Source: an uncultured delta proteobacterium | GTDB taxonomy: Bacteria > Myxococcota > Myxococcia > Myxococcales > Myxococcaceae | DNA length: 64,000 bases | Direction of reading: 5' to 3' | NCBI GenBank assembly: GCA_963713045.1 | Contig: CAVQKE010000007.1 | Span: forward strand, 96,001-160,000 | In this document: piece by piece, positions 1 to 10,861 of the stretch | Numbering within the stretch: position 1 is the stretch's first letter | Layout of the letters: every line of letters begins with the position of its first letter | Made by a program: the position numbers and the translations under genes | Notes under the pieces: generated by a model | The model's input: only the letters and a program-made list of their open reading frames with translations | Told to the model about the DNA's origin: nothing | Database searches by the model: none

Positions 1-937
1 AGAGGGCCACCAGCACGTAGCCAATTTGCGCAATGCCAGAGAAGCCGAGCAGCCGCCGCAGGTCCGTCTGCGGAAGGGCGAAGAGGTTTCCCACCAGCAT
101 GCTGCTCACGGACAGCAAGATGAGGGCTGGCTCCCACACGCCCCACTGCTGCGCCCAGCCGGAAAGAAGCACCACACTGAGCGCGGCCAGTCCGGCTGCC
201 TTCGGCGCAACCGAAAGGAAGGCCACGAAGGGCGTTGGGGCACCCTGGTAGGTGTCGGCCACCCACATGTGGAAGGGAACGGCCGCCACCTTGAAGCCGA
301 AGCCGGCCACCACCAAGAGAAGCCCCACGCCGGCGAGTGGCGGCAACGGACCTGCAGGAACGGCCGCAATCAGCGTCGACTGGGTGAAGCCCAGAATGAG
401 GGCCAGCCCAAAAAAGGTGAGGGCCGAGCTGGCCGTGCCCGTCACAAACAGCTTCAAACCAGCCTCGGCGGCAAGCTTCGGCCGGTCGGCCGGTCCGTCG
501 TTTTTCGCCCACGCCGACAGCACATACAAAGGGACGCCCATCAGCTCGAAGCTGACGACAAGCAGCGCCCAGTCGCGCGCGCCCGGCAAAATCATCATCC
601 CCACCACGCTGAACAGGAGCAGCGCGTAGTACTCAGCCTGGCGCAGGGGTGCCTGCTGGTTGAGCCAGTCCATGGCGCCCATCACTGCCAGCAAGGCGGC
701 GCAGAGGAAGACGCGCTTGAAAAAAAGCACCCAGGCGTCCGAGACGTAAGCGCCGTGAGGCGTCACCCCGGACACGTCGACCAGGAAGGAAGCGCCCAGC
801 ACGGCGGCCAAGAGAACGGCCGTCAGCCGGCCCCACAGCCGTCCATGCCCCGGCAGCACGGCATCCCCCAGCAACACCAGGCCGGCAATTGCGGCCACCG
901 CCATGTCCAGGCTGAGGAGGTGGAGCCAAGAGGGCAT
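1..937 (-). CDS. nuoN: NADH-quinone oxidoreductase subunit N (3' end outside window)
   Basis: Read manually: ATG at 937 directly after the nuoM stop; MPSWLHLLSLDMAVAAIAGLV...EYYALLLFSVVGMMILPGARDWALLVVSFELMGVPLYVL...GFKVAAVPFHMWVADTYQGAPTP, typical of NuoN. Confidence 0.92.
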   Translation of the reverse strand, partial: MPSWLHLLSLDMAVAAIAGLVLLGDAVLPGHGRLWGRLTAVLLAAVLGASFLVDVSGVTPHGAYVSDAWVLFFKRVFLCAALLAVMGAMDWLNQQAPLRQAEYYALLLFSVVGMMILPGARDWALLVVSFELMGVPLYVLSAWAKNDGPADRPKLAAEAGLKLFVTGTASSALTFFGLALILGFTQSTLIAAVPAGPLPPLAGVGLLLVVAGFGFKVAAVPFHMWVADTYQGAPTPFVAFLSVAPKAAGLAALSVVLLSGWAQQWGVWEPALILLSVSSMLVGNLFALPQTDLRRLLGFSGIAQIGYVLVAL

Positions 938-2482
938 TTAGCGTAGCGCCTGGGCGAGAAGTGGCAGCCGGGTGAGAAAGCCAGAGCTGGTGATGTCGAT
1001 GAAGTCCAAGAGGAAACGCGGCCAGAGTCCAAAGAGGACGAGCGCCGCGCCCAGGACCAGCGGTGCGCCCCACTCCGTGCCCCGGACGTCCCGCAGGTGC
1101 GCGGAGGCACCGGTGGGCGCCGGTCCCCAAAAAATCGTCTTCGCCGCGCGCAGCACGTAGACCGCGGTGACGAATGCCCCCAGGACGCCGGGCACCGTCC
1201 ACCACGGGAAGGCACTGGTGGATGAGCCGAGAAAGACGAGGAATTCGGCGACGAAGCCGGCGGTGCCGGGAAGGCCCAGCGACGACAGGCTCGCCAGGGT
1301 GAAGAAGGCTGCCACCGCAGGCATGACGTGGGCGAAGCCGCCCATGCGGGCAATGATGCGGGTGTGAGCTCTCTCGTAGACGAGGCCCACCAGCGCGAAG
1401 AAGAGGCCGGTCATGATGCCGTGGGCAAACATTTGGTACACCGCCCCGTTCCAGCCCACGGCATTGAGGGTGGCCGCCCCCAACATGACGACGCCCATGT
1501 GGCTGACGGAAGAGTAGGCGATGACGTACTTGAGGTCGGTCTGGCTGGCGGCGCTCAGCGCGCCGTAGAGAATGTTCACCACCGCCACCGTCCCGACGAC
1601 GGGGGCCCACACCACGGCCGCGTCCGGCGCGAGCACCATGCCCACCCGCATGACACCGAAGGCGCCGAGCTTCATCAACACCCCGGCGTGAAGCATGGAC
1701 ACCGCGGTGGGCGCCGAGGCGTGGCCATCCGGTGACCAGGTGTGGAAGGGAAAGACGCCCGCCAGCGTGCCGAAGCCGAGCCAGATGAGTGGAAACACCA
1801 GCATTTGTGTCGACTTTGAAAAGGCAACGCTCTGGAGGACTTGGAGGTCGAAGGTACGGGCCCCGGACCGGCTCCAGAGGACGAAGATGGCCACCAGGAT
1901 GGCGGCCGAGCCAACCAGAAGCATCAGTGTCAGCTTCATGGCCGCGTACTCGCGGGAACCCACCGCGAAGCGACTCCAGACGAAACGGAAGGGGCCGGCC
2001 GGGGGGACTTCGTGGCTGCTGCCCCAAATGCCGATGAGGAGGTACATCGGCAGCACTGCAATCTCGTAGAGGAGAAAGAAGACGAAGAGGTCCTGCGAGA
2101 CGAAGACGCCCAGCACGCCCGAGACCAGCACCAGGAGGAGGATGAAGAATTCCTTGTCCCGCTTGTCCACCCCCCAGCTGGCCAGGACGCCGGTGACGAT
2201 GATGAGGCCGGTGAGAAGCAAAAGCGCGACGCTCCAGCCGTCGGCCGCGAATTTGAGGTGGATGCCCAAGGACGGCACCAGCGGCGTGTCCTGCACAAAC
2301 TGAAACCCACCGGTGCCTTTGTCCCAGAGGAAGGCCAAGGTGACTGCACCGGCGAGCGAGACAAGGGCGGCGAGAAGGGCGATCCACCGCGTTGTCTGCC
2401 GGGCTGAGCGCGGGACGACGAGCAACACCGCCGCTGCGACGGCGGGAGCAGCGACGATGACGGCCAACAGGTGGCTCGTCAC
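938..2482 (-). CDS. nuoM: NADH-quinone oxidoreductase subunit M
   Basis: C-terminal part of ORF 938..3751; GTG start overlaps the nuoL TGA; motifs [57 protein letters not shown]. Confidence 0.93.
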   Translation of the reverse strand: MTSHLLAVIVAAPAVAAAVLLVVPRSARQTTRWIALLAALVSLAGAVTLAFLWDKGTGGFQFVQDTPLVPSLGIHLKFAADGWSVALLLLTGLIIVTGVLASWGVDKRDKEFFILLLVLVSGVLGVFVSQDLFVFFLLYEIAVLPMYLLIGIWGSSHEVPPAGPFRFVWSRFAVGSREYAAMKLTLMLLVGSAAILVAIFVLWSRSGARTFDLQVLQSVAFSKSTQMLVFPLIWLGFGTLAGVFPFHTWSPDGHASAPTAVSMLHAGVLMKLGAFGVMRVGMVLAPDAAVVWAPVVGTVAVVNILYGALSAASQTDLKYVIAYSSVSHMGVVMLGAATLNAVGWNGAVYQMFAHGIMTGLFFALVGLVYERAHTRIIARMGGFAHVMPAVAAFFTLASLSSLGLPGTAGFVAEFLVFLGSSTSAFPWWTVPGVLGAFVTAVYVLRAAKTIFWGPAPTGASAHLRDVRGTEWGAPLVLGAALVLFGLWPRFLLDFIDITSSGFLTRLPLLAQALR

Positions 2483-4275
2483 CGCCAGCCGCCGAACCAG
2501 GCGAGTACCAGCGCGCCCACCATCACCGCGAAGACGTAGTGACGGGTACGCCCCGTCTGCAGCGGCCGCACCGCCGCCCCCGCCTCGAGCGTGCCCCAGC
2601 CCACCGCATTGATGACGCCGTCCACCAGGTAGCGGTCCACCCAGCGGGCCCAGCCGCTCACCCGGAGGAGGACTTGGCGGTAGAGGACTTCCCACCCCTT
2701 GTCGATGAAGCTTTCCCGGTCGAACCACTCCAGGGTGGCCGCCCATGGTGCGCCTCGTCCAGCACTGCCAAAGACGACCAGGGCCGCGGCGAGGCCAAGC
2801 AGGGCCACCGCCGACGCCACCAGCGGCGTCAGCCCCAAATGAAGGTGGTAGTCCACACCAAACTTGGGGGCCAGCCACGCGCCGAGCAGCCCTGCGAAGA
2901 CGGCAGGCACGGCCAGCAACAACAGCGGCCCAGTCATGGACGGACCGGGTTCGTGCGCGTGCAAGGCAGCCTGCGAGGGTGGTCCGAGGAAGGCCTTGAC
3001 GAGGACGCGCCCCATGTACAGCGCAGTCAGAAAGGCTGCCCCCATCAGCAGGCCCCACGGCACCCAGCCTCCCTTCCCCTCCACGGAAGTGAGGACCAAG
3101 TCCTTGGAGAAGAAGCCAGCGAAGCCCGGGACGCCGGCGAGCGACAGCGCACCCACCGCAAAGACAGTGGCAGTCACCGGCATGCTCCGTCGCAAACCGC
3201 CCATGGCGTCCAAGTCGTTGGAGTGAACGGCGTGGATGACGCTGCCCGCGGCGAGGAAGAGCAGCGCCTTGAAGAAGGCGTGCGTGTCGAGGTGGAAGAA
3301 ACCGGCGAATGCCGAGCCGGCGCCGAGGGCCGCCACCATCAGCCAAGCTGCGAGCAGGTGGAGTAGGCCAGCACCTTCTTGATGTCCGGTCTGCACCAGC
3401 GCCAGCAGGGCCGCAAAGGCGGACGTCGCCTGCACCCAGCCACAGCATGACGTCGCGGGTGAGGGCGGCCTGGGCGAAGAGTGGGTCGGCTCGGACGACG
3501 AGGAACACCCCAGCGGCGACCATCGTCGCCGCGTGCAGCAGCGCTGACACCGGCGTGGGGCCCTCCATGGCGTCCGGCAGCCAGACGTGGAGTGGGAACT
3601 GCGCCGACTTCCCCACCACCGCCAGGAAGAGAAGCAGCGTGACGGCGGTGGCAACGTGCGGCGGGGCCGCCACCGTCCATTCGAAGCTGCCCGTCGAGGC
3701 GAAAAGCAAGAGGAGGGCGAAGAGGAAGCCCATGTCGGCGAACTTCGTCACCCAGAAGGCTTTGACTGCCGCCCGCGCCGCGCTGGGCCTGTCGGAAGTA
3801 GAAGCCGATGAGGAGGTAACTGGTGACGCCCACCAACTCCCAGCCCGCGAAGAGCTGGAGCAGGTTGGGCGCCACGCACCAGCAAATTCATGCTGAAGAG
3901 GAACAGCGCGTGGTAGGCGAAATACCGCCCGTAGGAGCGGGCCGGCTCGTCTCGCATGTATTCAAGCGAGAAGACTTGAACGCACAGGGCGACCAACGTC
4001 ACCACCAGCAGCATGACGGCCGACAGGTGGTCCAGCTGGATGCCCACCTCGGCCAGCGTGCGGCCGCGGGCCACCAGCCAGGGGACTGTCACCCGGACGT
4101 CCGGGGCGCCGAGGCTTCTGTCGACAACCAGCGCAACTGCCGCGGCGGTGGCGACGACGCTGCTGAGGATGGTCAGCCCAGCGGCCGGCGCCCCCCGGTG
4201 GCGAAGCCAAGGCACAAGCACCAACAAGAGTGCGGCCAAGGCCGGCGCGAAAAGCGCCACCTCACACAGGTGCAC
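2479..4275 (-). CDS. nuoL: NADH-quinone oxidoreductase subunit L, split by about 5 frameshifts (approx. 3877, 3795, 3432, 3388, 3342)
   Basis: NuoL motifs continue across frames: [76 protein letters not shown]. Confidence 0.88.
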
Positions 4276-4280
4276 GGCAC

Positions 4281-4577
4281 TCAATGCTTGGCCTCCCGGG
4301 CGAGGTCCAGCACCGTGTCGCCGTGCCGCCGGTAGAGGAGCATCACCAGCGCAAGGCCCACGGCGACTTCCGACACGATGACCACCAGCGAGAAGAGGAC
4401 GAGGGCTTCCCCTGGGCCTCCTCGGAGAGTGGCAAAGGCGACGAAGGCGACGTTGGCTGCGTTGGCCATGACCTCGATGGACAAGAGGAGGGCCACGGCA
4501 TGCCGGCGAGTCACGACGCCATAGAGGCCGACGCTGAAGAGCAGCGTCGCCAGGAGAAGGACGTCGGGGAGCCTCAC
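4281..4577 (-). CDS. nuoK: NADH-quinone oxidoreductase subunit K
   Basis: LFSVGLYGVVTRR, SIEVMANAAN, SEVAVGLAL; about 98 aa, GTG start. Confidence 0.9.
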   Translation of the reverse strand: MRLPDVLLLATLLFSVGLYGVVTRRHAVALLLSIEVMANAANVAFVAFATLRGGPGEALVLFSLVVIVSEVAVGLALVMLLYRRHGDTVLDLAREAKH

Positions 4578-5094
4578 TGGTCGCAATCCCTCGGGGGTCG
4601 GCGCGGGGTCTCGGCGCCGTGCCATCACCACCGCGCCCACCACTGCGGCGAGCAAGAGCAGCGACGCCACCTCGAAGGCCAGCAAGTATTCGGTGAGGAG
4701 GCTGCGAGCCAGCTCGGCCGTCGTGGGCGGCGGCGGCGGGAGGGTGGGAGGTGAAGTCCGTCCTGAGGATGGCCCCACCCACCAGGACGAAGAAGCCGAG
4801 CGCGACCAGCAGTCCGCGGATGCGGTCTGCGCTGTCGACTTCTGCCACCGCGCCCTGGTGCCGCCCAGTCACCATGACGCCGAAAATCATCAGTGTCACG
4901 ACGCCACCGACGTAGGTCAGCACCTGGACGCCGGCGAGGAATGGAGCGCCCAGGATGGCGTAAAGCGCGGCCGTCAACAGGAGCACCACGGCGAGCCAGA
5001 GGACGGCGCGCACCAGGTTCCTGCTCCTCACGACGAAGAGTGCAGCCACCACCATTGCCAATGCGAGGAGCCCGAATCCGAGACGGGACATCAT
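4574..5094 (-). CDS. nuoJ: NADH-quinone oxidoreductase subunit J (frameshifted near 4750 and probably near 4590)
   Basis: N part APFLAGVQVLTYVGGVVTLMIF in one frame, C part YLLAFEVASLLLLAAVVGAVVMARR in another. Confidence 0.87.
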
Positions 5095-5660
5095 CCGGAC
5101 CCCTCCCCCGTCCTCGGCGTGCCTCCGCCACTGGCGGCGGGGGCTGCGGCTGGCGCGGGGGCTGGCTTCGGCGCCTTGGGTAGCTCCTGCATTCCCATCA
5201 ACCGCGTCGCGTCACCCCAGGCGCGCGGCTTGGACTTCTCATTTGCGTACAGCTTGGCCATGGTGAGGACGAGGTCCTCGCGCGTGTAGGCCGGCTCCTC
5301 GGCCTCCCGCGTCATGACGATGGCGTCGGTGGGGCAAACTTGCACGCACAGCTCGCAAAAAATACAGGCCGACATGTCCAAGAGGAAGTCGTCGGCATAA
5401 CCACGCTTCTTGCCGGTGATGGGAGACTCGCGCTTCCCACCGAATTTGATGGCGATGACTTGCGAGGGGCAGATGCGCTCGCACTGCAGGCAGCCAATGC
5501 ACAACTCGTCCCCTTGTTCGTCATGGAGAAGCGCGAAACTGGCCCGGTAGCGCTCCGCCCGCGGGCGAATGACGTGAGGGAACTCGACGGTGGATGCCGG
5601 GCGCAGCATGTTGGCGAGAGTGACTCTCATCGCCCGAAGCCCGTCCGTGAAGTAGCCCAT
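5091..5660 (-). CDS. nuoI: NADH-quinone oxidoreductase subunit I (2x[4Fe-4S])
   Basis: CIGCLQCERICP and CIFCELCVQVCP; position between nuoH and nuoJ. Confidence 0.93.
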   Translation of the reverse strand: MGYFTDGLRAMRVTLANMLRPASTVEFPHVIRPRAERYRASFALLHDEQGDELCIGCLQCERICPSQVIAIKFGGKRESPITGKKRGYADDFLLDMSACIFCELCVQVCPTDAIVMTREAEEPAYTREDLVLTMAKLYANEKSKPRAWGDATRLMGMQELPKAPKPAPAPAAAPAASGGGTPRTGEGSG

Positions 5661-5678
5661 GCCCGTTACGCCCCTTCG

Positions 5679-6650
5679 TCAGCCTACGAAGACGACCCAC
5701 ACTGCAGCGCCGGCCACCAGGGCGACGCTGGAGGGCACCAGCCACCTCCAGCAGAGGCCCATCAGCTGGTCGGACCGAAAGCGGAGCAGCGTCCAGCGCA
5801 TCCAGTACAGCGCTGCAAATAACAGCAGCGTCTTGAGCACCATCCACTGCAGCCCCGGCCGAAAAGGCCCACCGTCCCAGCCGCCGAGGAAGAGGGCTGC
5901 TGCCACCGCGGAGGCCACCAGCGTGTGGACGTACTCGGCCATGTAGAAGAGGGCGAACTTCATTCCGGTGTATTCGGTGGTGACACCGGCCACCAATTCG
6001 CTCTCCGCCTCGGGGATGTCGAAGGGGATGCGGTTGGCCTCTGCCAGCATGGCCAAGACGAAGATGACGAAGGCCGGGATGCCCAAGAAGAAAGGCCAAA
6101 CCACGAACCAGTGGCCCTCCGACTGGACGCGGACAATGGTGCCAATCCGCATCGAGCCGGCGAGGATGACGGGCACCAGCGCGGCCAGGACCAGGGGCAC
6201 TTCGTAGGAAATGGACTGCGCCACGGCGCGCATCCCTCCGAGGAGGGCAAGCTTGTTGTTGCTTGCCCACCCGGCGCTGAAGACGGGAAGCACGGTGATG
6301 GCGCCGATGGCCAGGACGTACAGCACGCCCACGTCGAGGTCCGCGGCCACCACCGTCGGAGAGAAAGGCACCGCCGCTGCGACGCCGATGGCGCAGACAA
6401 CCGCCACCGGCGGAGCCAGGTTGAAGAGGATGCCATCCGCTTTGAGGGGGACGATGTCCTCCTTCTGCAACAGCTTCAGGACGTCGGCGAATGGCTGCAA
6501 GAGCCCGGCCGGCCCCACCAGGGTTGGGCCCAGCCGGGACTGCATCCGGGCGGCCAGCTTCCGCTCGAACCACAAGGAAAACGCGGTGGCCGTCATCAGG
6601 ACGGAGACAATCACCACGCCGTAGCTGGCGCCGTGGAGAAAGCCTGTCAC
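5679..6650 (-). CDS. nuoH: NADH-quinone oxidoreductase subunit H
   Basis: [50 protein letters not shown]. Confidence 0.95.
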   Translation of the reverse strand: MTGFLHGASYGVVIVSVLMTATAFSLWFERKLAARMQSRLGPTLVGPAGLLQPFADVLKLLQKEDIVPLKADGILFNLAPPVAVVCAIGVAAAVPFSPTVVAADLDVGVLYVLAIGAITVLPVFSAGWASNNKLALLGGMRAVAQSISYEVPLVLAALVPVILAGSMRIGTIVRVQSEGHWFVVWPFFLGIPAFVIFVLAMLAEANRIPFDIPEAESELVAGVTTEYTGMKFALFYMAEYVHTLVASAVAAALFLGGWDGGPFRPGLQWMVLKTLLLFAALYWMRWTLLRFRSDQLMGLCWRWLVPSSVALVAGAAVWVVFVG

Positions 6651-7838
6651 CGGTCGACCTCGCCCATGATGGGGTCGAGCGAGCCGAGAATGGCCACCGC
6701 GTCGCTCACCGTGGCCCCGGGAAGGATGTAGGGCAGCGCCGAAAGCGCGTGCAGGCTGGGCGGCCGAATTTTCAGTCGGTAGGGGAATTGCGAGCCATCC
6801 GAGATGAGGTAGGTGCCGAGCTCTCCGCGGGGCGTCTCGATGGCCACGTAAGTCTGGCCCGGTGGTATCTTTGTTTGCAGCGGCACTTTGATGGGCTTGC
6901 CGCTGTTGATGCCTCCGGCGGGGACGTTGTCCACCATTTCCCGGATGAGGCGAATGCTTTCCCGCATTTCCCCGAGGCGCACTTGGGCGCGCGCCAGGCA
7001 GTCCCCGCCGGTCGCTGTCACCACGTGCACTTGGACTTCGTTGTAGGCGTGAAATGGCGCGTCCCGGCGCAAGTCATGGTCCACGCCGCAAGCCCGGAGG
7101 ATGGGCCCGGTGATGCCCAGCTCGAGCGCCAAGTCGGCATCGAGGACGCCCACCCCTCGGGTCCGCGCGACGAAAATTTTGTTGTCCAGCGTCATTCCTT
7201 CGTATTCCGACAGCGCGGTTGGCGATGACGTCCAGCGCTTGGTGCACCTTGGCGCTCCAGCCTGCCGGGATGTCATGCCGGTTCCCGCCAATGGTGTGGG
7301 TGTTGTAGTGAAAGCGGGCTCCGGTGACTTCCTCGAAGAGGTCGAGGATGAGTTCCCGTTCGCGAAAGCAGTAAATGAAGACGGTCGAGCCGCCACCGAG
7401 GGCGCCGCCGAGGTCGAGGGCGAACGTGCCGAGCCACAGCAGGTGCGACGCAATTCGTTGTAGCTCGGCGAAGAGCGTCCGCATCCACCGGGCTCGCCGC
7501 GGCACCTCGAGGTTGAGCAGTTTCTCGAAGGCCATATTCAACGCCTGCTCGTTGGTCATCGGCGCGACGTAGTCATTCTTGTCGACGATGGGCGTGATTT
7601 GGACGTAGGCCAGCGACTCGCACAGCTTTTCCACCGCGCGGTGGAGAAAGCCCACGTGGGGCACGGCCTTCACCACAATCTCGCCGTCCAGGGTGAGGTC
7701 CATCCGGAACACCCCGTGCGTTGAGGGGTGCTGAGGCCCGAAGTGAAGCAGCATCAACTCCGCTTCCGGGTCGTAGGTGTCGATGGACAGGTGCGGATTG
7801 ACGCGCCGGGCGACCTGGACGGTGCGCATGCCGGTCAT
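6647..7838 (-). CDS. nuoD: NADH-quinone oxidoreductase subunit D (one frameshift near 7215)
   Basis: FGPQHPSTHGVFR, ELQRIASHL in ORF 7074..7838; [30 protein letters not shown] in ORF 6647..7453. Confidence 0.92.
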
Positions 7839-9025
7839 CTCCAGGGCGCCGCAGCGGTGTCCGCGGCGAAGTCACGGCGCAACGGGTGGCCGACGTAGTT
7901 CTCGGCCATCATCAACCGGCGAAGGTCGGGGTGCCCGGAGAAGACGACGCCGACCAAGTCAAACTGCTCCCGCTCCTGCCAATCCGCACCAGCGTAGAGG
8001 GCGCTCAGGGATGGAACCGGTTGTCCTGGGACTTGTCGGACGGACCAGGTGGCCACCCTGGAGCCGGGGCCGACGCTTCTCAGCAGGTACACCACCTCGT
8101 AGTGCTCGACCTCTGTCGCGTCGGCCCCTCCCCTTCCCTTTCCGGCCAGCCAGTGCGTGGCGACGATGGAGACGAGTTGCCGGTAGCCGAGGCCTTTCAG
8201 CCGACTGGCCAATTCCAGGTGTCTTTCGATGGGCACCAGGGGTGGCCCCTGCTTGCCAGGTTGCACCACTCCCAGCTCGCCCAGCACTGCGTCGAAGTCA
8301 TTCGCATCCCCCGGTGTGACGGGCGCGGGCACCACCTCGAGCGGAACGGACACAGGGAGGGCAGTCTCCAAGTCGGTGGCATGCTCGGCCGAGTCCACCT
8401 GGGCCTCGTCCAATTCTGCGGTGCGGTCGGCGTCCACCAGCCGGGGGTTGGACGGCTTGGTAATGCGCAGCAGCTCCGGGTTGGGGTCCGCCACCACTTT
8501 CAGTCCCTTGCGCATGGCGCGGACTTTGTCTTGCAGGCGCAGAAACCCGTGCATCAATGCCTCAGGGTTGGGCGGGCACCCGGGCACGTAAACGTCCACC
8601 GGCAGGAAGGTGTCCACGCCTGGAACGACGGAGTAGAGGTTTCGGTAGAAGTCCCCGGAGATGGCGCAGGAGCCCATGGCGATGCACCACTTTGGCTCGG
8701 GCATCTGGTCCCACAGCTTCTTGACTCGAGGAGCCATCTTCACGGTGATGGTTCCGGCCACCACCATCACGTCTGCCTGCCGGGGCGAGGCGCGAACGAT
8801 GGTGCCCATCCGGTCGATGTCGACTCGACTGGCGGCGCTGGCCATGAATTCAATGCCGCAGCAGCTGGTCGCCATCGGGAAAGTCCACAGCGCGTTGGTC
8901 ATTCCCCAGGTGAGGACGTGGTCCAGCGCGGTGGCGGCCACCGTCAGGCCAGGCGTCTGCATCAGTACCTTGTAAAGGGGGTGCTCGAAATTGCCGGTGT
9001 CATCCACCGTCCCTGGCCTCTTCAT
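7835..9025 (-). CDS. nuoBC: Fused NuoB-NuoC subunit
   Basis: NuoB motifs TSCCGIE, RASPRQAD, MGSCAISG, PVDVYVPGCPP followed in frame by NuoC motifs ADWQEREQFDLVG, GHPDLRR, GHPLRRDF; ATG overlaps the nuoA stop. Confidence 0.9.
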   Translation of the reverse strand: MKRPGTVDDTGNFEHPLYKVLMQTPGLTVAATALDHVLTWGMTNALWTFPMATSCCGIEFMASAASRVDIDRMGTIVRASPRQADVMVVAGTITVKMAPRVKKLWDQMPEPKWCIAMGSCAISGDFYRNLYSVVPGVDTFLPVDVYVPGCPPNPEALMHGFLRLQDKVRAMRKGLKVVADPNPELLRITKPSNPRLVDADRTAELDEAQVDSAEHATDLETALPVSVPLEVVPAPVTPGDANDFDAVLGELGVVQPGKQGPPLVPIERHLELASRLKGLGYRQLVSIVATHWLAGKGRGGADATEVEHYEVVYLLRSVGPGSRVATWSVRQVPGQPVPSLSALYAGADWQEREQFDLVGVVFSGHPDLRRLMMAENYVGHPLRRDFAADTAAAPWR

Positions 9026-9381
9026 ACCCATTCCAGCGTTCCCTTCCGGATGCCCCACACCCAGCCAAGCATCAGCACGCCGACGAAGCTGCCCACCGCC
9101 CACAGACCGCCCCGTCCCATCTCGCGGGTAATGACGCCCCAGGGAAAAACCAGCGCGGCTTCGATGTCGAAGAGGACGAAAAACAGGGCAACCACATAGT
9201 AGCGGGCGTGGAATTGCACCCACGCCGGAGCGAGTGGTGTCTCCCCGCACTCATACGTCTCCCGTTTGAGACGGGAGCTACTGCGCGCACGCACGCGCAA
9301 CAGGCGCGCGGCGACCAGAAGGCTCCCGGCGACGGCGACCGCCACCAAGAGAAAGCCCACCAGCGCGAGACCCTGGTTCAT
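9022..9381 (-). CDS. nuoA: NADH-quinone oxidoreductase subunit A
   Basis: TYECGE, YYVVALFFVLFDIEAALVFPW, KGTLEW. Confidence 0.94.
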   Translation of the reverse strand: MNQGLALVGFLLVAVAVAGSLLVAARLLRVRARSSSRLKRETYECGETPLAPAWVQFHARYYVVALFFVLFDIEAALVFPWGVITREMGRGGLWAVGSFVGVLMLGWVWGIRKGTLEWV

Positions 9382-9421
9382 GGTTTCCAAAAAAAGCCAC
9401 CCTTCTCAAGGTTTACCCCTC

Positions 9422-9949
9422 TCACTGTGCCACAGGGTCGTCCCCGTAGGCTTCTGCCCCCGGTGCCGGCTCGCCAGAGTGGCGGGCAATTTCCTGCTTG
9501 ACCAGGGCTTGGTGCTCCACTTCCTCATCCCGCAGCTCTGCGAAGAGGGCGCGAACCGCCGTGTCCTCGAGCTGGGGAATGGAGCGCGCGAAAAAGTCGT
9601 AGGCCTTCTCCTCGGCGGCGAGCGCGGTCTTCAGCGCCTGCTCGACACTCATGAAGACGCGCACCTGGTCAAACTCCGGGGCCTCGACATCGAAGACATT
9701 TGCTGGCATCGGGCTTTGAAGTTCCTTGGCAAACAGCGCCTGCCGACGTTCAGCGAGTCGCGAGCGGTGTATTTCTTCCACCCGAGCCATCCGCTCGAAG
9801 AAGCTGGCCGCCTCGGGCGTGTGGTGAAGGGCGAGTTGCTCGGCGAATTCGCGGTAGCGGTCGCGCGCCTCTTCCTCGATGGCAATGGCCAGGTCCAGCC
9901 CCTCTCGCAGGGTGAGACGTGCAAAGTCAGTGTCCTCTTGAGCGCTCAC
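9422..9949 (-). CDS. Rubrerythrin/ferritin-like di-iron protein without a rubredoxin domain
   Basis: Duplicated E..E..Y / E..H pattern: AIAIEEEARDRY..RVEEIH and AAEEKAYDFF..DEEVEH. Confidence 0.85.
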   Translation of the reverse strand: MSAQEDTDFARLTLREGLDLAIAIEEEARDRYREFAEQLALHHTPEAASFFERMARVEEIHRSRLAERRQALFAKELQSPMPANVFDVEAPEFDQVRVFMSVEQALKTALAAEEKAYDFFARSIPQLEDTAVRALFAELRDEEVEHQALVKQEIARHSGEPAPGAEAYGDDPVAQ

Positions 9950-9957
9950 GTCTCACC

Positions 9958-10860
9958 TCACTTCTGCAAATAGGCATCGAGCACGCGCTCGCGTGGCCGG
10001 CATTTTTTTGACAATTCGGCCTGCCGCTGGCGGACGAGTGCGTCGTATGTCGGCGGCGGGTTGGGGTTGCGGTAGAAGACTCCGGTGTAGAGTTCCTTTC
10101 CGTAGGCGCGCGCCAGGTCCAATGCCGCCAGCTGGTTGGCCGCATCGTGCCCCAGGCTGGCCAAGGGTTTCATCTTCGTCTTGTGGGCCCGTAGTTGCTG
10201 CTCCTCCTCGCCGAATGTCACACAAGGCGACTGAATGTTGACGAAGGAGAAACCCGGGTAACGGAGCGCTTCTTCGATGAGCGCCGCCATGCCGGGCATA
10301 TCTGCCGGCGTCGCCTGCGCCACAAAGCCTGCCCCGTAGGCGAGCACGTACAGCAAGGGATTGATGGGCTCCTCGAGGCTTCCGAAGGGTGAGGTGACGG
10401 TGTGGAGGCCTCTGGGGGCGGTGGGGGAAAGCTGGCCCTTGGTGAGGCCGTACACCTGGTTGTCCATGACGAGATAGGTGAGGTCGATGTTGCGACGGAT
10501 GGCGTGGGCGACGTGTCCGCCTCCAATGGAGAAGCCGTCGCCGTCGCCGCCCGCCACCACCACCAACAGCTCGGGCCTGGCCAGCTTGACGCCCTGGGCA
10601 ATGGGAAGCGCTCGCCCATGCACGCTGTTGAAGCCGTAGGCGGTGGTGTACCCGGGGATGCGGCTCGAGCAGCCAATTCCGGAGATGAAGGCAATCTCGT
10701 GTGGCTCTCGCCCAAGGCCGCTCAGGGCGCGGTACAGCCCCTGCAGGACACCGAAGTCCCCGCACCCTGGGCACCAGATGGGTTTGAGCTCGCTCTTGTA
10801 GTCCTTGGGCTGATGCGCGGCCGCGGCGCGGGGTTGCACGGGCTTGGTTTGCAGTTCCAC
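9958..10860 (-). CDS. 2-oxoacid:ferredoxin oxidoreductase beta subunit (KorB-like)
   Basis: WCPGCGDFG, SGIGCSSR, TPP motif GGDGDG...MDNQVYGLTKGQ, SPCVTF. Confidence 0.93.
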   Translation of the reverse strand: MELQTKPVQPRAAAAHQPKDYKSELKPIWCPGCGDFGVLQGLYRALSGLGREPHEIAFISGIGCSSRIPGYTTAYGFNSVHGRALPIAQGVKLARPELLVVVAGGDGDGFSIGGGHVAHAIRRNIDLTYLVMDNQVYGLTKGQLSPTAPRGLHTVTSPFGSLEEPINPLLYVLAYGAGFVAQATPADMPGMAALIEEALRYPGFSFVNIQSPCVTFGEEEQQLRAHKTKMKPLASLGHDAANQLAALDLARAYGKELYTGVFYRNPNPPPTYDALVRQRQAELSKKCRPRERVLDAYLQK

Positions 10861-10861
10861 G

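Noticed and set aside
938..5094. Apparent NuoL–NuoM, NuoJ–NuoK and NuoJ–NuoL fusions in the ORF track
   Set aside because: They arise from frameshifts and overlapping stop/start codons; each subunit has its own plausible GTG start.
6647..9025. Group 4 [NiFe]-hydrogenase
   Set aside because: The large subunit lacks both CxxC nickel-binding motifs and ends in the complex I-type GEVDR.
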